From: Halomicronema hongdechloris C2206
Lineage (GTDB): Bacteria; Cyanobacteriota; Cyanobacteriia; Phormidesmidales; Phormidesmidaceae
NCBI RefSeq assembly: GCF_002075285.3
Contig: NZ_CP021983.2
Location: 900,001 to 932,000 of the forward strand
Direction: 5' to 3'
DNA length: 32,000 nucleotides
The notes beneath the pieces are model-generated. The model searched no databases. It saw nothing but the letters and a program-made list of their open reading frames with translations, and was not told the DNA's origin. Each line of letters starts with the position of its first letter. Positions within the stretch are counted from its first letter, which is position 1. A program made the position numbers and the translations under genes. Of the stretch, positions 26,899 through 32,000 are shown in pieces.

Positions 26899-28914
26899 AT
26901 GCCGAAGCAAATAGTGATTGCTGAGCAGCATCGGATCGCTGCTGTTTTCTCAGAAGATCAGATTCAAGAGCTCATCGTTGCAACTGGCACCCACCAAGTT
27001 GGCGATATCTATGTGGGAACCGTCGAGAACGTGTTACCTGGTATTGACGCCGCTTTCATCAATATTGGTGATAGCGAGCGCAACGGGTTTATGCACGTTT
27101 CAGACCTGGGGCCGCTGCGCTTAAAGCGGGCGGCGGGATCCATCACCGAGTTGGTGACCCCTCAACAGAAGGTGTTGGTCCAGATCATGAAGGAGCCCAC
27201 CGGAAACAAAGGACCCCGGCTCACGGGAAACATTACCCTACCCGGTCGATATCTGGTGCTAATGCCCTTTGGTCGTGGGGTAAATCTGTCACGGCGAATC
27301 CGCAATGATAGCGAGCGCAATCGATTGCGAGCCCTAGCCATTTTAGTCAAACCTGCCGGTATGGGCTTGCTGGTGCGCACTGAGGCAGAAGGGGTTGCCG
27401 AGGAAGCCATCATCGAGGATCTAGAGACGCTGCAAAAGCAATGGGAAACCATTCAGCAAGAGGCCCTCTCGACTCGTCCGCCGTCCCTACTGAACCGTGA
27501 CGACGATTTTGTGCAACGGGTGTTAAGGGACGTTTACAGTGCCGATGTCAATCGCATTGTTACTGATATAGGCGGTGCCGCCAAGCGGGTAAAACATCAC
27601 CTAGCCAATTGGAATGGCGGGCGTATGCCCCCTGGAGTCTTGGTTGATCAGCACCGTGAGCGCGTGCCCTTGTTGGAATATTTCAGGGTAAATGCGGCTA
27701 TCCGCGAAGCGCTGAAACCGCGAGTCGATCTGCCGTCAGGTGGCTACATCATTATCGAGCCTACCGAGGCGCTGACGGTCATTGATGTGAACTCTGGGTC
27801 ATTTACCCGCTCTGCGACGTCTCGGGAAACCGTGCTATGGACAAATTGTGAAGCCGCTACGGAGATCGCTCGGCAGCTGCGTCTTCGTAACATTGCTGGG
27901 GTGATCATCGTCGATTTTATCGACATGGATTCTCGCCGTGATCAGTTGCAAGTGTTGGAGCAGTTTAATAAGGAGCTTCGGGCGGATAAGGCCCGACCGC
28001 AGATCGCTCAACTGTCAGAATTGGGATTGGTGGAGTTGACCCGTAAACGGCAGGGCCAAAACCTCTACGAACTCTTCGGCCGTCCCTGTGCTACCTGTGG
28101 TGGATTAGGTCATCTGATTCATTTACCTGACCAGCCAGGAGATGGGGTCGATAGTTTGGTTGACACGCCTATACCGACGGCGACAACGGCGGTGAAAGCT
28201 CAGCCAACGTTGAAAGAGGCTCGCAGTGAGGAGTCAGACCCTCTTCAGGATCTGCAGGAACTCGACCTAGTTAATCATCCAAATTACCAAGAGCGCAGTA
28301 GTAGTAAGCCAAATCGACGGCGACGGCGACGGGATCCCATGCCTAGTCGCAGTAACGGTAAAGTAGACAGTGGCCGTGATCCGGATGCATCGGGGCAAAG
28401 TAGTTCCCCGGATGCCACCGACGATGACAAGGAGAAAGAGAAGGAAAAGGCGACTCCGAATCGCAGCCGCTCCCGGGGCAATGGCCGCTCCGATAAGCGG
28501 GGTGAGGCACCTCAGGTGATTTCCGTGGAAATGACCCCAGATGAGCAGCGTATCTATGCCATGATGGGAATTTCGCCCGTCGTCCTCGCCAATGAGCCAG
28601 TTAAAGACCCGCGCAACACCGTAGTTTCAGTGGTGATGCCAGGGGAAAGCACGACAGGAACCCAGGCGGGGCCAACCACTGCTGAAGCGTCCTCTCCAGC
28701 GGCGACACCTGAGGAGGCTGAGGCTACTGCTACCGTGGGTCAGGAGAATGCTGTAGCGGTAGGGGGGAGTAGCTCTGCCACTGAAGTGGCTCAGGACAAA
28801 GCCGATAAGGGGGAGACTGCCTCCACTGAGGGGGACAGTAAGAATACGGTGCGCCGCCGCCGCCGCCGCCGCTCATCGTCGACCCAGGAAGAGGCGACGT
28901 CGGCTAGTAGTTAG
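26899..28914 (+). CDS. rne: Ribonuclease E (Rne/Rng family) with an Arg-rich non-catalytic C-terminal half
   Basis: S1 domain GDIYVGTVENVLPGIDAAFINIG, a catalytic core with IDVNSG and IIVDFIDM, and a Zn-link CATCGG. The disordered C-terminus carries RRRRRR (nt 28315-28332) and RRRRRRR (28852-28872). Confidence 0.95.
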   Translation: MPKQIVIAEQHRIAAVFSEDQIQELIVATGTHQVGDIYVGTVENVLPGIDAAFINIGDSERNGFMHVSDLGPLRLKRAAGSITELVTPQQKVLVQIMKEPTGNKGPRLTGNITLPGRYLVLMPFGRGVNLSRRIRNDSERNRLRALAILVKPAGMGLLVRTEAEGVAEEAIIEDLETLQKQWETIQQEALSTRPPSLLNRDDDFVQRVLRDVYSADVNRIVTDIGGAAKRVKHHLANWNGGRMPPGVLVDQHRERVPLLEYFRVNAAIREALKPRVDLPSGGYIIIEPTEALTVIDVNSGSFTRSATSRETVLWTNCEAATEIARQLRLRNIAGVIIVDFIDMDSRRDQLQVLEQFNKELRADKARPQIAQLSELGLVELTRKRQGQNLYELFGRPCATCGGLGHLIHLPDQPGDGVDSLVDTPIPTATTAVKAQPTLKEARSEESDPLQDLQELDLVNHPNYQERSSSKPNRRRRRRDPMPSRSNGKVDSGRDPDASGQSSSPDATDDDKEKEKEKATPNRSRSRGNGRSDKRGEAPQVISVEMTPDEQRIYAMMGISPVVLANEPVKDPRNTVVSVVMPGESTTGTQAGPTTAEASSPAATPEEAEATATVGQENAVAVGGSSSATEVAQDKADKGETASTEGDSKNTVRRRRRRRSSSTQEEATSASS

Positions 28915-28927
28915 GGCTAGTAGTTAG
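28902..28927. repeat. Perfect 13-bp tandem duplication (GGCTAGTAGTTAG x2) spanning the rne stop codon
   Basis: 28902-28914 is identical to 28915-28927. The rne TAG stop is the last triplet of unit 1. rnhB's ATG follows 8 nt after unit 2. Confidence 0.95.
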
Positions 28928-28934
28928 GGACTGA

Positions 28935-29531
28935 ATGACGGGATCCTCTGCTAGGGTTTTGGAGGCGGCATTGGAACGAATTGCTGGTGTCGACGAGGTA
29001 GGTCGAGGAGCCCTCTTCGGTCCGGTAGTGGCAGCAGCGGTAGTACTCGGAGATGAGGCGGTACAGCAGCTGACGGCAGCGGGGGTGCGCGATAGCAAGC
29101 AATTGCGTCCAGCCCATCGGGTTAAACTGGCTCAGCACATTCGCCATCTGGCCTGGGATTGTCAGGTGGGTATGGCATCGGTGCATGAGATTGATCGCCT
29201 CAACATCCTGCAGGCATCGCTATTGGCAATGGAACGAGCAATTCGACGATTGTCTCCCCGTCCAACTCTATGCCTGATCGATGGCAAATATTTAGTACCC
29301 CAGCTAGATATTCCCCAACAGGCTGTGATTAAGGGCGATCAGCATCATTGTGCGATCGCATCGGCCAGTATCATCGCCAAAGTCTGGCGAGATACCCTGA
29401 TTATGCGGCTTGACCAGCACTATCCTGGCTATGATCTCACGGCGAATAAAGGCTATGGCAGTGCCAAACATCGACAAGCCTTGAGTCAGTTAGGACGGTC
29501 TCGACAACATCGCCAGTCATTTCGTTACTGA
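28935..29531 (+). CDS. rnhB: Ribonuclease HII
   Basis: GVDEVGRGALFGPVVAAAVV with the catalytic DE motif, DSKQL, and ASIIAK. It lies 20 nt downstream of rne. Confidence 0.94.
   Translation: MTGSSARVLEAALERIAGVDEVGRGALFGPVVAAAVVLGDEAVQQLTAAGVRDSKQLRPAHRVKLAQHIRHLAWDCQVGMASVHEIDRLNILQASLLAMERAIRRLSPRPTLCLIDGKYLVPQLDIPQQAVIKGDQHHCAIASASIIAKVWRDTLIMRLDQHYPGYDLTANKGYGSAKHRQALSQLGRSRQHRQSFRY
29352..29359. repeat. HIP1 palindrome GCGATCGC
   Basis: Exact match read from the sequence. Confidence 0.95.
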
Positions 29532-30319
29532 GATGGCTTGGCTCTCTGCTGCCGAAACAGGTAGGCGGCTTCGGCGGAGCCGATAAAGCGCCAGTGCCAG
29601 GGCTCATAGGCAATCCCCTGGGGATTATTAGGGGGAAACGATAGCTCGAAGCCATACTCTCGGCCATGGCGTTGCAGCCATCGAAATGCTTGGGTGGTTT
29701 CAAATCGAGGGCTAATATCCTGGGCCCGGGCTAGACCGTCCGCCAAATCAACGGCGTAGCCTGTGTGATGCTCACTATAGCCAGGGGGCGCCACAGTCTT
29801 GGCAGCAGCAGTGGCGGTTCCCGTCTGCTCTAGCCGGCGCTGAAACAGCATGGCTTGCCGTTCCTGGTCTCGAAATCCAGATACCGGCACGATCCACACC
29901 CCGTCTCGGCGGGCCGCATCGATTAGCTTAAACAGCGCCAGAGCTGCCGGGGGCTTTAACCGTTCGAATCGTTGTGCCCGAGGGGTTGAGTAACTGGCGA
30001 TCACGGCTAGGTCCTGGGGATTGGCGTCCCCATAGGCTCGATGGCCATAGCGCTGCAGCAGCGCGGGTACCTGATAGAGGGCCTCGGTGGTAACGCTGTG
30101 TAGGGCCGAGGTCACTGGCAATTGGGCTGCCTCTGGCCCAGGCCCCCCTCCCCCAGCCAGGCTCAATAGGGCAATGACTGCCCTAGCAGCCCAGCCATTA
30201 ATCGTAATGCTCGGCGCTTCAGACCACGAGACAAGGTCTGACCAAGGGCTATGAGGTAGGGGCGTAGTGAGGTCCAAGACGCCATGGGCTTCAAGGCTAG
30301 GGAGAGTGCGATAAGTCAT
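29525..30319 (-). CDS. D-alanyl-D-alanine carboxypeptidase, VanY / peptidase M15B family
   Basis: SGFRDQERQ, zinc ligands in SEHHTGYAVDL, and EPWHWRF. The start overlaps the upstream gene's stop as ATGA (30316-30319). Confidence 0.85.
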   Translation of the reverse strand: MTYRTLPSLEAHGVLDLTTPLPHSPWSDLVSWSEAPSITINGWAARAVIALLSLAGGGGPGPEAAQLPVTSALHSVTTEALYQVPALLQRYGHRAYGDANPQDLAVIASYSTPRAQRFERLKPPAALALFKLIDAARRDGVWIVPVSGFRDQERQAMLFQRRLEQTGTATAAAKTVAPPGYSEHHTGYAVDLADGLARAQDISPRFETTQAFRWLQRHGREYGFELSFPPNNPQGIAYEPWHWRFIGSAEAAYLFRQQRAKPSQ

Positions 30320-31998
30320 TGGCTAAGCCGCCCCAGAGGGGCTAGACCGGTCCTTGAGGGCCATCGCATCAGCAACGGACAAGGACCAGTGGCCTGATGG
30401 GGGGGAATTAGCGCCACCACATGGGGGACAGGGCGAGGTTCATACCCCATCAACGAGTCGCCTTGGTAAGCCAAGGAGGTGCTGGCGCCCGAGTCCACCA
30501 TGACGGCATCCCGTAAGCCCAACTGTTGGAGCAGCTGGCCTAGGGTGACCGAGTCGACCCGGTCCTGACTCACCCCCACCACCGGTTGACCAGCCTGGTT
30601 AATGCCCCAAAAGGCGCGGTGACGTTGGGCCTCGAAATCAAACAGATTGCCAAAAGCACTAGCCGGCTGAGCCTCACCGTCCTTGACCAGCCAGGCAGCT
30701 GCTACAAAGGCATCGGTTACCCGCGGTAGCTCTGCTCGCAAGCCCTGCAGCGTATTGTGCTGAGCTGGTTGAAAAGGAATATACTTGACCACCTCGGGAG
30801 ACATTAAGACCAGAGGGCGGCCGGCTAGTTTGCGATTTTCACTGGCATTCCCCGGCACAAACGTGTGGCTATTCTGACTCAGCACTGGTCCAATCATGAC
30901 ATTGGAGTCCAGATACTTGAGGGAAAAGAACCCACCATCTACCGCCGCGACGGCATTGGTGTGGGCGATGATCTCGGGAACCTGATAGCGGCTATCGGCA
31001 TGGATGGTCACAGGCCATCCCCCGGTGGCCAAGGCTAGGGGAATTCCTTCCAGGGTTAAGGTGTGCAGTTGCACAGGGGCACTGAACTGGAAAGTGTCAG
31101 GGCTAGGGGCAGGAGGGCCTGCCCAGGCCTGATCCAGTAGCTGGGACAGTGTCGATTGCCCAAAGCGAGCAATGGCCAGGAGATTGTCAGACTCACCTGC
31201 ATACGCTTCGTCAGTATTGCTCATGGTCAGGGCGGCCCGATACCCCGCCGCCTCTACTGCTGCCATCACTCGCTCATCATAGTGGCCAGCTGGGTAGGTA
31301 AAGTAGTGGATGGGCTTGTCAAGCTTGGCTTCTAGGCGAGCCTTAACCGCTGTCACCTCTCGACGCAGGTCGGCAGCGGGAAGCGATCGCAAATCGGGCG
31401 GATGCGTAACACTGTGGGCAGCAATGGTGACAAGAGGATCCTGGGCCATGTCCTGTAGCTGCGTCCAGGAGAGCCTCGAGCGGCCAGCGATAGTGCCATC
31501 TAACTTGCCGGTAAACACTGAGAAAACCGCTGGATAACCGTACTGCTGCAGCAAGGGGTACACATGGGTATAGTGGCCAGCGTAGCCATCGTCGAAGCTA
31601 AGCACGATGGATTTCTCTGGCAGAGGCCTGCCGGTATGTAAATGATTGACTAATTGCTCCAAACTAATTGGAGTCAGGCCCTGCCGACGAATCTGCTGAA
31701 ACTGCTCTGCCAACTGAGACGGCGTCACATCAAAGAATACCTGTGGCGTTGTTAAAACGTCGTGGTACATCAACACCGGTACCTTGGCCAGGCGAGCGTC
31801 TGCATGGATTGCTGGCCAAGCCCGAGTTGGCAGATAGGGGATAGGCAGGGATAGCCTGGACGCCAGCTCCTCAGTGAGGACACCGGAATCAGACGTAGCC
31901 TCAGCCCTATCTGTTGCTAACGGAGTGTGACAGACCCGTCGGGAGGATACTTCTGTGGGAAAAGCTGCCATACCAACAACCGCAGGGGCTGCGGGCAA
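30316..31998 (-). CDS. Fusion protein: polysaccharide deacetylase (NodB homology) N-terminal domain plus phosphodiester glycosidase (DUF2233-like) C-terminal domain
   Basis: NodB motifs are VLMYHDV, SFDDGY and AAHSVTH. The C-terminal half has VDGGFF, GINQAGQPVV and AVMVDSGASTSL. The ORF is still open at the window edge. The only in-window ATG candidate is at 31971, and it gives no signal peptide, so the true start may lie beyond nt 32000. Confidence 0.8.
   Translation of the reverse strand: MPAAPAVVGMAAFPTEVSSRRVCHTPLATDRAEATSDSGVLTEELASRLSLPIPYLPTRAWPAIHADARLAKVPVLMYHDVLTTPQVFFDVTPSQLAEQFQQIRRQGLTPISLEQLVNHLHTGRPLPEKSIVLSFDDGYAGHYTHVYPLLQQYGYPAVFSVFTGKLDGTIAGRSRLSWTQLQDMAQDPLVTIAAHSVTHPPDLRSLPAADLRREVTAVKARLEAKLDKPIHYFTYPAGHYDERVMAAVEAAGYRAALTMSNTDEAYAGESDNLLAIARFGQSTLSQLLDQAWAGPPAPSPDTFQFSAPVQLHTLTLEGIPLALATGGWPVTIHADSRYQVPEIIAHTNAVAAVDGGFFSLKYLDSNVMIGPVLSQNSHTFVPGNASENRKLAGRPLVLMSPEVVKYIPFQPAQHNTLQGLRAELPRVTDAFVAAAWLVKDGEAQPASAFGNLFDFEAQRHRAFWGINQAGQPVVGVSQDRVDSVTLGQLLQQLGLRDAVMVDSGASTSLAYQGDSLMGYEPRPVPHVVALIPPHQATGPCPLLMRWPSRTGLAPLGRLSQ
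31383..31390. repeat. HIP1 palindrome GCGATCGC
   Basis: Exact match read from the sequence. Confidence 0.95.
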
Positions 31999-32000
31999 GG

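Noticed and set aside
28917-29186. Minus-strand ORFs (64 and 89 aa) overlapping the start of rnhB
   Set aside because: They are antisense to rnhB, so they are shadow ORFs.
1-32000. Search by eye for CRISPR arrays, rRNA, IS elements/transposases, integrases, toxin-antitoxin pairs or known defence genes
   Set aside because: I saw no regularly spaced 25-40-nt repeats, no rRNA-like sequence, and no ORFs with DDE/HUH/tyrosine-recombinase or known defence motifs. The only repeats seen are those reported above.

Overview
This is a cyanobacterial chromosomal segment. The evidence is psaE, ndhO, eight copies of the HIP1 palindrome GCGATCGC, and the tig-clpP-clpX and rne-rnhB arrangements. The window is gene-dense and mostly housekeeping. 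On the plus strand it holds dnaK (partial)-dnaJ-tusA-like-rsgA, then a SigF-type group-3 sigma factor flanked by two uncharacterised membrane-anchored proteins. Next come psaE-mutM-ndhO-mdh and an adhE-ppsA pair set between two AT-rich non-coding spacers. tig-clpP-clpX-hydrolase lies on the minus strand. asd-dapA-rnj is followed directly by rne-rnhB. A convergent cell-wall pair closes the window: a VanY-type peptidase and a polysaccharide-deacetylase/phosphodiester-glycosidase fusion. I found no rRNA, tRNA, CRISPR array, transposase or recognisable defence gene, and I cannot point to a clear-cut novel multi-gene system. The best leads are all modest. (1) A pair of ~90-bp direct repeats (~83% identical) brackets the 354-aa membrane protein downstream of sigF, whose C-terminal domain looks PilP-like. 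(2) A ~110-nt strongly structured inverted-repeat element sits in the adhE leader. (3) adhE-ppsA is embedded in AT-rich spacers that appear to carry degraded coding remnants. (4) RNase J, RNase E and RNase HII are clustered, with long leaders and two unrelated 13-nt tandem duplications that share an AGTTAG core. (5) A TusA-like ORF is translationally coupled to dnaJ. All functional calls rest on motif recognition in the supplied translations; no database search was run.
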